A stretch of DNA of 46,518 nucleotides. Source: an uncultured bacterium. GTDB lineage: Bacteria; UBP14; UBA6098; B30-G16. The DNA lies in contig CBEVQY010000025.1 in NCBI GenBank assembly GCA_965552135.1, forward strand, positions 1-46,518, read 5' to 3'. Of this stretch, positions 26,587 to 35,627 are shown in pieces. Position numbers and translations under genes: made by a program. Within the stretch, counting starts at the first letter, position 1, and each line of letters opens with the position of its first letter. The notes beneath the pieces are model-generated. The model was not told the origin of the DNA. It saw nothing but the letters and a program-made list of their open reading frames with translations, and ran no database searches.

Positions 26587-27039
26587 CTAATCGGGCTTGT
26601 GGGTGAATATCCTGCTGTAGAGCGTAACCGACACGGCTGCCCCCGCCAGAAAGCCCGTCGCAAGCCTCAGGACGTTCGTGCTTTGGCGCAGCCCAACAAG
26701 CTGCGTCGTGCCGTCGACGAAAGCCGGGGCGAGGGCGACGAGGAAAACCCCCATCCCAAGGGGCTTTTGCATCGCGCCAAAACTCAGCAGCAGCGCGGCG
26801 AAAACACCCCCCACAAAAAGCCCCAGGTAAACTCCCGTGCACCTCGCACACACCGCGAGCTTGTGCCCGAAGAGGAAAAACGACCGCTGCGGAAGCTGAT
26901 GGCACAGGGGCTTGAACATGAGGTACACAAATCCCGCCAGCGGGCTTCCGATGCTCGCCAAATATGGCGCCAGAACCACAAGCGCCAGAACGCAGAGCCA
27001 AAGCAGGTTCAGCCCCCAAACTATCTTAAGCTGCGGCAC
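26587..27039 (-). CDS. DUF2085-like membrane protein
   Basis: LCHQLPQRSF...AVCARCTGVYLG and N.LRLATGFLAG motifs with TM helices. GTG start at 27039 overlaps the upstream stop. Confidence 0.8.
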   Translation of the reverse strand: MPQLKIVWGLNLLWLCVLALVVLAPYLASIGSPLAGFVYLMFKPLCHQLPQRSFFLFGHKLAVCARCTGVYLGLFVGGVFAALLLSFGAMQKPLGMGVFLVALAPAFVDGTTQLVGLRQSTNVLRLATGFLAGAAVSVTLYSRIFTHKPD

Positions 27040-27763
27040 CTTCACCTTCTTCGCCGCTTGTGCCTGCCGAAGTCGGCTCGCCGGCTTTGCCCGAACTAAG
27101 CCAGCCGCCCCAAATATCGCCCCAAAGGGCGTACGCAACGAACATAAGGTAGATCCCACCAAAAGCCATCACCACCGCCGCAGCGCCGAACAAAGCCGCG
27201 GCGAAAGGCGAAAATATTAACGCATGCCTTCGGAAAACGGAAACAGCAATGGCTCCACCCACCCAAAACGGTGCCGAAACGACCGTAACACCAACGCTTA
27301 TCACAAGGTTCACCGCCAGAACCACAAGGATCCTAAGCACGTTGTCGCCTATGAAGTTCGCCACGCGCTTGAAATCGAACGCCTCGGAGGGGATGGTTCC
27401 CGTCCGGGCAACGACGCCCGCAAGGTAGGGGAGAATAAAGAGGAAAAGAAGCGACCAAAGCGAAGCAAGCGCGTTCCCAAAACAAGGCACGAAGGGCAAA
27501 ACGAAGGCGGGTATAGAGTATGCGATCTCAAGCACCGCGAGGAAGAAGCCGTCGGCTATAAGTTCTCCGAAGTCCGAGAAGTCCGGGATGCCCTCGTACT
27601 TCCCCTCCATCCACCGCGAGAGGACGCGCAGGAAATACCCCATAACCGCAAGCCATCCCACGATCGGGACGAGGAGAAGCAGCATGAGGATCAAAACCCG
27701 CGCCAGCCACCTCTCGGAGCGAAAAAGGTACAAAAGCGCCTGCGAAACCCTTAAGCTCTCCAT
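27026..27763 (-). CDS. DUF4013-like integral membrane protein
   Basis: LLLVPIVGWLAVMGYFLRVL, P.F.DFGEL..DGF, AFDFKRV motifs and 4-5 TM segments. Confidence 0.75.
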   Translation of the reverse strand: MESLRVSQALLYLFRSERWLARVLILMLLLLVPIVGWLAVMGYFLRVLSRWMEGKYEGIPDFSDFGELIADGFFLAVLEIAYSIPAFVLPFVPCFGNALASLWSLLFLFILPYLAGVVARTGTIPSEAFDFKRVANFIGDNVLRILVVLAVNLVISVGVTVVSAPFWVGGAIAVSVFRRHALIFSPFAAALFGAAAVVMAFGGIYLMFVAYALWGDIWGGWLSSGKAGEPTSAGTSGEEGEGAAA

Positions 27764-27787
27764 CTCTCCCCCCTGTGTCTTTTTCCC

Positions 27788-29725
27788 TCAGCGGACGAGG
27801 AGGATCCTCTCCCTTTTGACCTCCTCCTCTCCGCTTGACTCGTCCGTCAGGCGAATATACAAAACGTATACGCCGTCCGCCACATCTTCGCCCTCGAGGT
27901 TTTTGCCGTCCCAGACGGCGAGCGCCTCGCCCTCCTCAGGCTCAAGCGTTGCCACAAGCTCGCCCGAGGCGGAAAAGACCGCGATCCTTGCGGTGCGGAG
28001 TCCGCTTGCGCCCCGGTACCACGTGATCCAAAGCCTTCCGCGGCACGGGTTGGGATAGCACAAAACGCCCTCCGCAAGCTGCGGTGTTGGCGAAAGCTCG
28101 ATGGTTAGCCTGTGGATCTGCCCCGCCCTGTGCTCTATCTCCTGCGCGTGCGGGATGTACCCCGGCGCATCGACGTACAGGCTGTGCACGCCGTCTGCGC
28201 GGTCGATGAGCGCACAAAAGCGCCCTCTGCCGTCGAGGGGGATCGTATCACCGTCGAGGGCGACGGAGGCTTCGAGGACGGGCGTGCCCGATGTGGCGTC
28301 CTGCACGATGCCGAAGACGGCGTCGAAGATGTTGGCTGCAACCGGCGCCTTGGGGATGCCCCAGCCGTAGTCGTTGTCTGGGCGGTCGGCTTGGTCGGCG
28401 GCGCGCTTGAGGCGCTCAACCAAAGCCCATCCGCCAAGCTCTGTGCCCTGATCCCTCGCCGCCTGGAGGACGAGCGCTGCCATCCCCGCAACGAGCGGAG
28501 CGGAAAAGCTTGTGCCGCTGACGTAAACGACGCCGCCATCCGCCGCGCTCCAAACCGCCACATCGACCCCCATGGCGACGAGATCAGGCTTCGTTCTCCC
28601 GTCGGCTGTGGGTCCGGGCGAGGAGAAGGGCGCCAGAACGCCCTCACCGTCGACGGCGCCGACGGCGCAAACCGAATCGCCGTCGGCGGGCGCAAGAATG
28701 TGATCCCACCAACCAAAGGGAGCGCGCTCGTTCCCAGTGGAGTTGAAGACCGCTATCCCGCGCGACGCGGCAACGTCTGCGGCAACCGTGACCACCGCAA
28801 AATCGCCGTCGAGCTGAGCGAACGAATAGCCCCAGCCGTCAAGGTCGAAGTAGAAATACCCCAAGGAGCTTGTGACTATATCGACCCCCACCGAGTCGAG
28901 CCACTCGAGTCCGGCCACCCAGTTGTCCTCCTCGATGCGGCGCTCGAAGGGGATAGTGTCGGTCGCGGTTATGCTGTCGACGATCTCCGTCTTCGCCAGG
29001 GCGAAGCAGGCGTGGGGAGCGATGCCGACAAGCTCGCCGGGGATAAGAGCGCCGATGCATGAGAGGGTCATCGTCCCGTGGGAGAAGCCACCGGGATCCC
29101 AGTCGCCCGCGGCGGTGTCGTTCCCCAGCGACGTGTCCCCGTGGACGAAGTCGAACTTGGCGACAAGCCTCCCCGAGGCAAGTAGGGAGTCGAAGGCGGG
29201 GCAGGCAAGTTCGAAGCCCGAGTCGAGCATTCCCACAAGGACGCCTTCGCCGCGCCAGCCGCGCTGGTGCATAAGATCCGCGCCCAAAAGCTCTATCTGC
29301 CGCGCCGAAAGCCCGTAGTAATCGCTTTTGCCCCTCGGCAGCGCCGGCAAAACCCTCGGCGCAGGAATCCTGCACACACCAACGGGCGAAACGCCGCGGA
29401 CGAACGAAAGTCCCTCTATCGCCGGAAGCAGGCTGGGGTCGCAGCGGACCGAGACGGCATTAAGCCACCGGGAGGTCCGCAGGACCTCCGCGCCGATCAA
29501 CTCCAACGCCGCAACGTAAGCATCATCCACCGGCAGGTCGTACCAGTCGAGCGGTATTCCGAGGCGTCTTCGGCGCTCGAGGGACCTCTGCGAAAGCCTG
29601 CGCTCGGCAACAACTGCCGCATCGGCGCCCTCCCAAGCGCCCTTGTCGGTGAAGAAGACCCAGAATTTGTTCGCATTGCCCCAAAGCGCCGCAAACGCAA
29701 CGAAGACAAGCGCCAGGCGCGCCAT
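27788..29725 (-). CDS. Secreted S8 (subtilisin-like) serine peptidase with carboxypeptidase-regulatory-like domain and FlgD-Ig CTD
   Basis: ATG at 29725 (GAGGT SD). Propeptide SRWLNAVS. Catalytic triad LDSGF / HGTMTLS / SGTSFSAPLVAG. CTD YPNP...IAVFSASGELVATL...WDGKN..G..VADGVY. Confidence 0.93.
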   Translation of the reverse strand: MARLALVFVAFAALWGNANKFWVFFTDKGAWEGADAAVVAERRLSQRSLERRRRLGIPLDWYDLPVDDAYVAALELIGAEVLRTSRWLNAVSVRCDPSLLPAIEGLSFVRGVSPVGVCRIPAPRVLPALPRGKSDYYGLSARQIELLGADLMHQRGWRGEGVLVGMLDSGFELACPAFDSLLASGRLVAKFDFVHGDTSLGNDTAAGDWDPGGFSHGTMTLSCIGALIPGELVGIAPHACFALAKTEIVDSITATDTIPFERRIEEDNWVAGLEWLDSVGVDIVTSSLGYFYFDLDGWGYSFAQLDGDFAVVTVAADVAASRGIAVFNSTGNERAPFGWWDHILAPADGDSVCAVGAVDGEGVLAPFSSPGPTADGRTKPDLVAMGVDVAVWSAADGGVVYVSGTSFSAPLVAGMAALVLQAARDQGTELGGWALVERLKRAADQADRPDNDYGWGIPKAPVAANIFDAVFGIVQDATSGTPVLEASVALDGDTIPLDGRGRFCALIDRADGVHSLYVDAPGYIPHAQEIEHRAGQIHRLTIELSPTPQLAEGVLCYPNPCRGRLWITWYRGASGLRTARIAVFSASGELVATLEPEEGEALAVWDGKNLEGEDVADGVYVLYIRLTDESSGEEEVKRERILLVR

Positions 29726-29727
29726 AG

Positions 29728-29910
29728 CTACCTCGCCAGGAAGAAGAAAAACCTCGCCACAAGCCAAAGGATCAAAGCTCCGGCTGCGGCAAATATGATC
29801 CAGAACGTCGGCTTGGGATATCTTGACCTGTCGATCCTTCCGAGGCGGACATACCTGCCTCCGCGCCCTTCCTCGCCGACCTTTATGCCTCGCCTCGATA
29901 TCCTGACCAC
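29728..29910 (-). CDS. Small (60 aa) basic protein with C-terminal TM helix
   Basis: GGGAGGAG SD before GTG at 29910. MVRISRRGIKVGEEGRGGRYVRLGRIDRSRYPKPTFWIIFAAAGALILWLVARFFFFLAR, ending 2 nt before the S8 start. Confidence 0.6.
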   Translation of the reverse strand: MVRISRRGIKVGEEGRGGRYVRLGRIDRSRYPKPTFWIIFAAAGALILWLVARFFFFLAR

Positions 29911-30134
29911 CGCTCCTCCCGCCGCATTATGGATACCAGCTGCGCCACCCGAACGAAAGCGCTCCTGCCGCCCATGAACTTCAAAAGAAGGCCCCGCCCG
30001 CAGGGAAAAATCACGACCAGCGGTCACACCCCCTCAGAAAATCATGCCTCAGCCTTCCCAGCCACGGAGAGAACCGAACCTCCGGCGGTCCCGCCCGCAA
30101 AAACTACACCTTCAACCGCCAGCGAGGATGCACA

Positions 30135-31163
30135 TCAGAGCTCAACGGACGCCCTCTGGAGGGATTTTGTGCCCAGTATCTCCCTTCGTCTTCCGGTGTG
30201 CCAGCGCCAAGCCGTCTCTATTATGGTCTCGAGGGTTGAGTACCGCGGTCTCCAGCCAAAAAGCTTTTCGATAAGCTTTGCCTCGGCAACGAGCATAGGG
30301 GGGTCGCCCCTGCGACGACCGCCCTCCACAAAGGGGATCTTCCTGCCCGTCACGCGCTCGGCGGTGCGAATAACCTCCAAAACGGAATACCCACGCCCGC
30401 TCCCTACGTTGAGGACCAAACCCTCACCGCCCTCGTGCTCCAAAAGCCACTCCACAGCCCTTATGTGGGCGTCGGCGATGTCGACTATGTGGATGTAGTC
30501 CCTTATGCAGGTTCCGTCGGGCGTATCGTAGTCGGTGCCGTATATGACGATCTCGGGCTCAACGCCCATAGCCACATCGAGGACGCGCGGTATGAGGTGC
30601 GTTTCGGGGATGTGGAGCTCGCCGATATCCCCCTCGGGATCAGCACCCGCGGCGTTGAAGTACCTGAGAACCACATAGGTAAAGCCGTGTATAGCCGCGG
30701 CATCCCCTATCATCCGCTCGATGGCGAGCTTGGTGAAACCGTAGACGTTGTCGGGGTTGGGTGGGTCCTCCTCGGTGACGGGAACCTTCGACGGGCTGCC
30801 GTAAACGGACGCGGTGGACGAAAACAAGATCCGCTTAACGCCGTACTGCAACATCACCTTGAGGATGTTGACCGTGCCTGTGATGTTGTTCTCGTAGTAG
30901 AACAGGGGCTTCGTTATCGACTCGGGGACGAGGCTTTTTGCCGCAAGGTGGACTACAACGTCAATCTCGTGCGTGAGGAAGACGTCCTCAAGCCTTTCGG
31001 GCTCGAGGATGTCGCCGTAGACGAACGGACCACGAATAAGCTCCCTGTGACCGGTCGAGAGGTTGTCGTAGATGAGGGTGCGATACCCCCTCGCCCGCAG
31101 AAGCTTCGTCACATGGCTGCCGATATAACCAGCACCGCCTATTATCAAAACTGTAGCACTCAT
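30135..31163 (-). CDS. galE: UDP-glucose 4-epimerase
   Basis: GGAGYIGSH, FSSTASVYG, YGFTK, LRYFNAAGA, DGTCIRDYIHI. True start is ATG at 31163. Confidence 0.95.
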   Translation of the reverse strand: MSATVLIIGGAGYIGSHVTKLLRARGYRTLIYDNLSTGHRELIRGPFVYGDILEPERLEDVFLTHEIDVVVHLAAKSLVPESITKPLFYYENNITGTVNILKVMLQYGVKRILFSSTASVYGSPSKVPVTEEDPPNPDNVYGFTKLAIERMIGDAAAIHGFTYVVLRYFNAAGADPEGDIGELHIPETHLIPRVLDVAMGVEPEIVIYGTDYDTPDGTCIRDYIHIVDIADAHIRAVEWLLEHEGGEGLVLNVGSGRGYSVLEVIRTAERVTGRKIPFVEGGRRRGDPPMLVAEAKLIEKLFGWRPRYSTLETIIETAWRWHTGRRREILGTKSLQRASVEL

Positions 31164-31321
31164 CCTAAATTTATAAACAAAAGCTCCATTCGAGACAACG
31201 CAAGAACTTTTTGCCTTAGTTAAAAAATTTTGGCAGCGCATCCCGCAGCGCGCAACGAATTTGTTGACGTATGGGAGGAGCATTCTATTTTGGAAGAAGC
31301 AGGAAAGTGCGGGGGTGGAAG

Positions 31322-31882
31322 ATGGACTTCCCCACCAGGAGAGGGGAGGACGGTTATTACTACCTTCTCGACTTCGAGGATAAGGAGCGCGAGTTCAAGC
31401 AGTGCGCGAAGGGTCTTTACCCCGAGGACCTCGTTGCGATGGCGAACGGCAGCGGCGGGTCGATCCTCATAGGCGTTGAAGAGGTACGCCTGCCGGACGG
31501 CACGAAGGCGGGGCGCGTTGTGGGCTGCCCACTCACCGACGAACTAAAGCAAAACATCAACAACAAAGCCGCAAGCTGCATCCCATCGATAAAGGTGGAC
31601 TTCGAGGAGCACTGGGCTGGCGGCGTTCCGTTCGTCGAGGTGATCGTGCCCGAGGGAACGAACAAGCCCTACTGCACCGCATCGGGCTGCTATCGCCTCC
31701 GCGTCGACGGAAGCAACCGCGCCCTCGACCCACCGGCGCTTATCGCCATCATCCTCGAAAAGGAGTCGCAGCGGTTCATCTCCAGATTCCAGCAGGCAAC
31801 AACACGGCTTGTGGAAACGCTCGAGCGTTTGTGCAAAAGGATAGAGGAGCTTCACAAGCTTGCCGAGCGACGCGAAACCTGA
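31322..31882 (+). CDS. Stand-alone Schlafen/AlbA_2-domain protein with short C-terminal helix
   Basis: EDKEREFK, EDLVAMANGSGGSILIGVEE, V.VPEG..KPY, YRLRVDGSNR. Confidence 0.85.
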   Translation: MDFPTRRGEDGYYYLLDFEDKEREFKQCAKGLYPEDLVAMANGSGGSILIGVEEVRLPDGTKAGRVVGCPLTDELKQNINNKAASCIPSIKVDFEEHWAGGVPFVEVIVPEGTNKPYCTASGCYRLRVDGSNRALDPPALIAIILEKESQRFISRFQQATTRLVETLERLCKRIEELHKLAERRET

Positions 31883-31884
31883 GC

Positions 31885-32895
31885 ATGCCAAACCCCTCCG
31901 ACATCCTGGGATTTCCCCTCTGGCTGCGGTGGAGGCTGTATACCCTTGGCGTTCTGCCCCGATGCAGCTCTCGAAAGCCTGTGATAAGCGTTGGCGGGAT
32001 CACACTGGGCGGCGCGGGCAAAACCCCTCTCGTGGAGTATGTTGCGCGATTCCTTTTGGCACACGGAATCACCCCCGCGATACTCACGCGGGGGTATCTG
32101 AGGCGCTGCCGCGACGACGTCATCATCCGCGGCGAAGCCGCCGACTGGCGCGTTGTGGGCGATGAGCCCGCACTGCTTGCGAAAAAGCTCCCCGAAGCCG
32201 TGATAGCCGTCGGTGCCAAAAGGTGCCGCCTGCTGCCTAAGCTTGAGGAGAAAGCCGACGTCATAATCCTCGACGACGGATTCCAACACCTCGCCGTCGA
32301 GCGAACCCTCGACCTCGTCGCCCTCACCGGAGGCGAAGAGCGGATGTGGCTCTTCCCCTTAGGATACCGCAGGGACGGGCTCTGGAGGCTCAAACGCCTC
32401 GGGAGAAACGCCACAGTCGTCCTCTTCGGCGAAGGGGATATTGGGAGGATCATCCCCCGGCACGTGCCCGTCTTCCGTGCAAGGCTTGTTCCAACGAGGC
32501 TGCACCCCCTCTCGGACTGGTCTGCGAGCTTGCCGAAAGACGCCATCCGCGGGAAGAGGGTCTTCATCGCCGCGGGCATTGCCCGACCCAGGCGCCTTCG
32601 GAAGACGGTCGAGGAGCTTGGCGCCACGGTCGTGGGCGAGGCGTTCTTCCTCGACCACAGGTTCTTCCGACCAAGCCAGGTGGCGCGCGTCATAAAAAGT
32701 GCATCCGAAGCAGGCGCACAGATCATCGTAACAACGCAGAAGGACGCAGTAAGAATCGGGGACATCGCAACCGAAGACTTCCTCGCGCTGGAGGTGCAGG
32801 TTGCCGTAGACGACGAGGGGCGCTTCGAGGATGTCATCCTCGGCGCAGCCTGCGGCATTAACGCTTGCGCGCACAGAACCAAACCAACTTATTAA
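31885..32895 (+). CDS. lpxK: Tetraacyldisaccharide 4'-kinase
   Basis: PVISVGGITLGGAGKTP, ILTRGY, GDEPALL, IILDDGFQH, AGIARP, F.DH, TTQKDAV. Confidence 0.93.
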   Translation: MPNPSDILGFPLWLRWRLYTLGVLPRCSSRKPVISVGGITLGGAGKTPLVEYVARFLLAHGITPAILTRGYLRRCRDDVIIRGEAADWRVVGDEPALLAKKLPEAVIAVGAKRCRLLPKLEEKADVIILDDGFQHLAVERTLDLVALTGGEERMWLFPLGYRRDGLWRLKRLGRNATVVLFGEGDIGRIIPRHVPVFRARLVPTRLHPLSDWSASLPKDAIRGKRVFIAAGIARPRRLRKTVEELGATVVGEAFFLDHRFFRPSQVARVIKSASEAGAQIIVTTQKDAVRIGDIATEDFLALEVQVAVDDEGRFEDVILGAACGINACAHRTKPTY

Positions 32896-32915
32896 CGAAA
32901 AACGCGGAGGTAACT

Positions 32916-33593
32916 ATGAGCGCCCAGGAAATCCTGAAGGTCGTTTTGAACGAGCTTCCCGACGGGGTTGTGATAAGGGATGAAGGCGGGCAGGTCATCG
33001 CCGCCAACGAGCTTGGCGAAAGACTCCTTGCGTCAAAAGCTTTCGACGAAGAGCCGTTTGAGTTTGAGGGGAGGTTCTTCAGGTTCTCGCGCAAGCCGCT
33101 TGCCTGGGGCGAGATGCTCTTCTGGCGCGATGTCACCGAAAGCGAAAAGCTTCGGGACCTTATGGTGATCGACCCCGAGACGGGGGTTTACAACGCTCGC
33201 TACATGAGGGAGGAGCTGGAGCGCGAGCTCGACCGCGTCCACAGGACGGGCTCGCAGATGGCGCTCGTCCTCGTCGACGTCGACCCGGGCGAGGAGGGTC
33301 CCTCGATGGCTGAAATCGCATCCACCCTCCGGAGGACCGTCAGAAACTACGACAAGGTCTGCACAGGCGACAGATCAGACTTCGTTCTTATGCTCTTCGC
33401 CGTAGACCCGGATAAGGTGGAGGCAATGGGCGAAAGGATCCTCAGGGCGCTTAAGGACATAGGCGTTGCGCGGGTGAGTTTGGGAATATCGCTTTCGGCG
33501 CGGGCACCATCGGCAGAGGCGCTTATGAAGCTTGCGCAAAGAGCACTATACGTCGTAAACGCCAAGGGCGGAAACGACTTCTCAATCTACTGA
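32916..33593 (+). CDS. PAS-like plus degenerate GGDEF protein (likely c-di-GMP receptor)
   Basis: GGAGGT SD. LPDGVVIRDEGG.VI.AN, DPETGVYN.RY, RNYD I-site. A-site replaced by TGDRSDF and the FK..ND helix is missing. Confidence 0.8.
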   Translation: MSAQEILKVVLNELPDGVVIRDEGGQVIAANELGERLLASKAFDEEPFEFEGRFFRFSRKPLAWGEMLFWRDVTESEKLRDLMVIDPETGVYNARYMREELERELDRVHRTGSQMALVLVDVDPGEEGPSMAEIASTLRRTVRNYDKVCTGDRSDFVLMLFAVDPDKVEAMGERILRALKDIGVARVSLGISLSARAPSAEALMKLAQRALYVVNAKGGNDFSIY

Positions 33594-33877
33594 GCGGGCT
33601 CGCGCCGTCCCTCCGATTACAGCAGCACGGGTGGTACCTCAAGACGGGCGCTCTTGCGGCGGCGCAAACTTGTGGCCCGTAAACTTGTGACCCCCCGCCT
33701 TTTGCCCGAACAGACAACCACGACGGCAAGCGCCTCAGCGCCCTGCGCCCCGGAGAAGAACCTGAGCCTGCGCTCCCCAAACGCGCATCGCTCGCGCAAA
33801 CCGCACGCCCAAAGCCATCCCGGGTCCCCGCGCCCAAGACCCCCGAGCCCAAAACCACACGCCCGGACACCGAAGCG

Positions 33878-34450
33878 TCACCCCTCCCTTATGATCTCGA
33901 GCCTTCCGCTCGTAAGCGCTCTGAGGAGCTGTCCCCTGCCGGCGCTGCGGATGCGGCTCTTCTCCATGGGAAAGCCCTCTATCCTGCGCACGAGGTACCT
34001 GAGCTCGTTGTACGTGAGGGCTTCGGGACCTTGTTGCTCGAGCTTTTCGGCGATTGCGATAAGCCTTTCGTCGTCGGGTGGTATGCGCAGCACCATTGCC
34101 CCGGGCTGAGGCGCTTTGCCCCACAGGTGGAACTCAAGCGCCGGCACCTGCGTTTGAGGCGGGCAGGCGGGCGTTATCATGGGCTCGACGTTCACGTGGG
34201 GGTTTGGGATGACGTGCGCGGCGACAAGCTCGCCAACTCGCTGCGCCGCAAGCGCGCCAGCCTCAACCGCCGCCTTGACCGCGCCAACCGTGCCACGCAC
34301 CTTCACGATGCAAAGCCCACCGCCCGTGCGCTCGTAGTCGACGGCGACGACCTCGGCAGCCTTAACAGCAGCATCCGCCGCCTCGATCAAACCCACAAGA
34401 CCGCGCGTCTCTATCATCCCCAAAGCCCTCTCTCCCTCAACGCTCCTCAT
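33878..34450 (-). CDS. Bacterial microcompartment shell protein (BMC-H, EutM/PduA-like) with C-terminal extension
   Basis: [26 protein letters not shown]...[13 protein letters not shown]...[13 protein letters not shown]. Pro-rich linker and helical tail [14 protein letters not shown]...IRSA.R.QLL. Confidence 0.92.
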   Translation of the reverse strand: MRSVEGERALGMIETRGLVGLIEAADAAVKAAEVVAVDYERTGGGLCIVKVRGTVGAVKAAVEAGALAAQRVGELVAAHVIPNPHVNVEPMITPACPPQTQVPALEFHLWGKAPQPGAMVLRIPPDDERLIAIAEKLEQQGPEALTYNELRYLVRRIEGFPMEKSRIRSAGRGQLLRALTSGRLEIIREG

Positions 34451-35457
34451 CGCTCCTCCTGCTCGCTTTGTTCTGGACTTACGCCGCGCGCCGCGAGGAA
34501 CTCCTCGAGGCTTGCCACAGCCTTCTCAACATCCTCGCGCGCCGCAAGAACCTCCCTTGAGGCGGCAACGCGAAGATTCATATCCCTCACGCGCTCGAAG
34601 AACTCCTCCTTCTTCGCGCACTTGCCGATGATCTTTTGCCACTCAAGCCAATGTCCGTAGGCGTTGCCGAAGTGCTGCGCCGCAGCCTCAAGCGCCGAAC
34701 GCTGCCTTTCCGGGAAAAACGACGCGATGTGCGAGAAGTAACAGTGCGCGGCGAAGGTCTGCGTCCACTGGCTGTAGATGGCGAAGCAGAACCACGCCGT
34801 TCGCGACCTTTTGCCGTCGGCGTCCTCGACGAGGAAGTCGACCTCGGGGTTTTTAAGGTCGTCGGCGTAGGCGGCATACGCCCTAAGTCCAAAGGAGATC
34901 CTCACCTCACCAAGCTCGAGGAACTCGGTTCTGTAGCTCTGAACGGCAAGCTTTGCGAGCTCCTCGACGATCTTCTCCTCCGGATTTTGTCCCGGCGAGA
35001 CCCCCACAGGGGCCACAAGGAGGTGCGCGCCGCGCTCGGAGCTCCAGTTCCACCACCCCTCAAGCTCATCGCGACCCCACGTCGTCCCCGAGGGGGCGAA
35101 GGACGGGTTGTGCCAGTGGATCATCTCGTTGCCGCGGGAACCCTCAACGCCGTAAACCAAAACGGGCTCAAGCCACGACATCCAGACGAGGTTGCCGCAC
35201 TGGATCATCTCGCGCATAAACCCGATCGCCTCCTCAAGGCTTTGCGGCTCAAGCGCCGCGCGGCGAACGTTGCACGCAGCAAGCGCGTTCTCCACAACCT
35301 CCAAACGAAAAAGATCAAAAACCCAAAATCTGTCAAGGTCGTAGGCGAAAAACGCAAAATAGCCGCTTTTGGCGAAAAAATGGGGGTAGTGCTCCGTCAT
35401 CCCGGCGTATCGGGCAGCCTTCCACATTATGTCCAGAGGAACATACTCAAGCTGCAT
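34447..35457 (-). CDS. Hypothetical cytoplasmic protein (about 336 aa), weakly BtrH-like
   Basis: Long ORF whose stop overlaps the BMC start (ATGA). Patterns [15 protein letters not shown]..., [25 protein letters not shown] 35457 preferred because TTGTCT-18-TACAAT lies at 35523-35494, while the ORF track starts at TTG 35586. Confidence 0.65.
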   Translation of the reverse strand: MQLEYVPLDIMWKAARYAGMTEHYPHFFAKSGYFAFFAYDLDRFWVFDLFRLEVVENALAACNVRRAALEPQSLEEAIGFMREMIQCGNLVWMSWLEPVLVYGVEGSRGNEMIHWHNPSFAPSGTTWGRDELEGWWNWSSERGAHLLVAPVGVSPGQNPEEKIVEELAKLAVQSYRTEFLELGEVRISFGLRAYAAYADDLKNPEVDFLVEDADGKRSRTAWFCFAIYSQWTQTFAAHCYFSHIASFFPERQRSALEAAAQHFGNAYGHWLEWQKIIGKCAKKEEFFERVRDMNLRVAASREVLAAREDVEKAVASLEEFLAARGVSPEQSEQEER

Positions 35458-35569
35458 CCCCGGGTAGCGAGCAAGCTCCTTCCGCCAGCCAACATTGTAG
35501 TTGCTCAGAACCACAAAAGACAATCTACAGAGGCGGCGGAAGGTGCGCAAGAAGCTTTCCGTTTTCCAC

Positions 35570-35597
35570 TTGACAGCTTCTGGCAAAAGGCTAAATT
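35570..35597 (+). promoter_or_regulatory. Sigma70-type promoter of the Lrp/AsnC-domain gene
   Basis: TTGACA-16 nt-TAAATT, then AAGGAGG SD and ATG at 35628. Confidence 0.55.
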
Positions 35598-35627
35598 CGA
35601 GGGTGTGGGTGAAGAAAGGAGGGAGCT

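Noticed and set aside
29911..30134. Riboswitch or ncRNA in the 224-nt spacer after galE
   Set aside because: I saw only a short repeated TGCGGGCGGG and no recognisable riboswitch, tRNA or 6S consensus. An Rfam scan would settle it.
33523..33870. Small minus-strand ORFs (115 aa, 60 aa) downstream of the BMC gene
   Set aside because: No SD, low-complexity G/R/A composition, and the longer one overlaps the convergent GGDEF gene.
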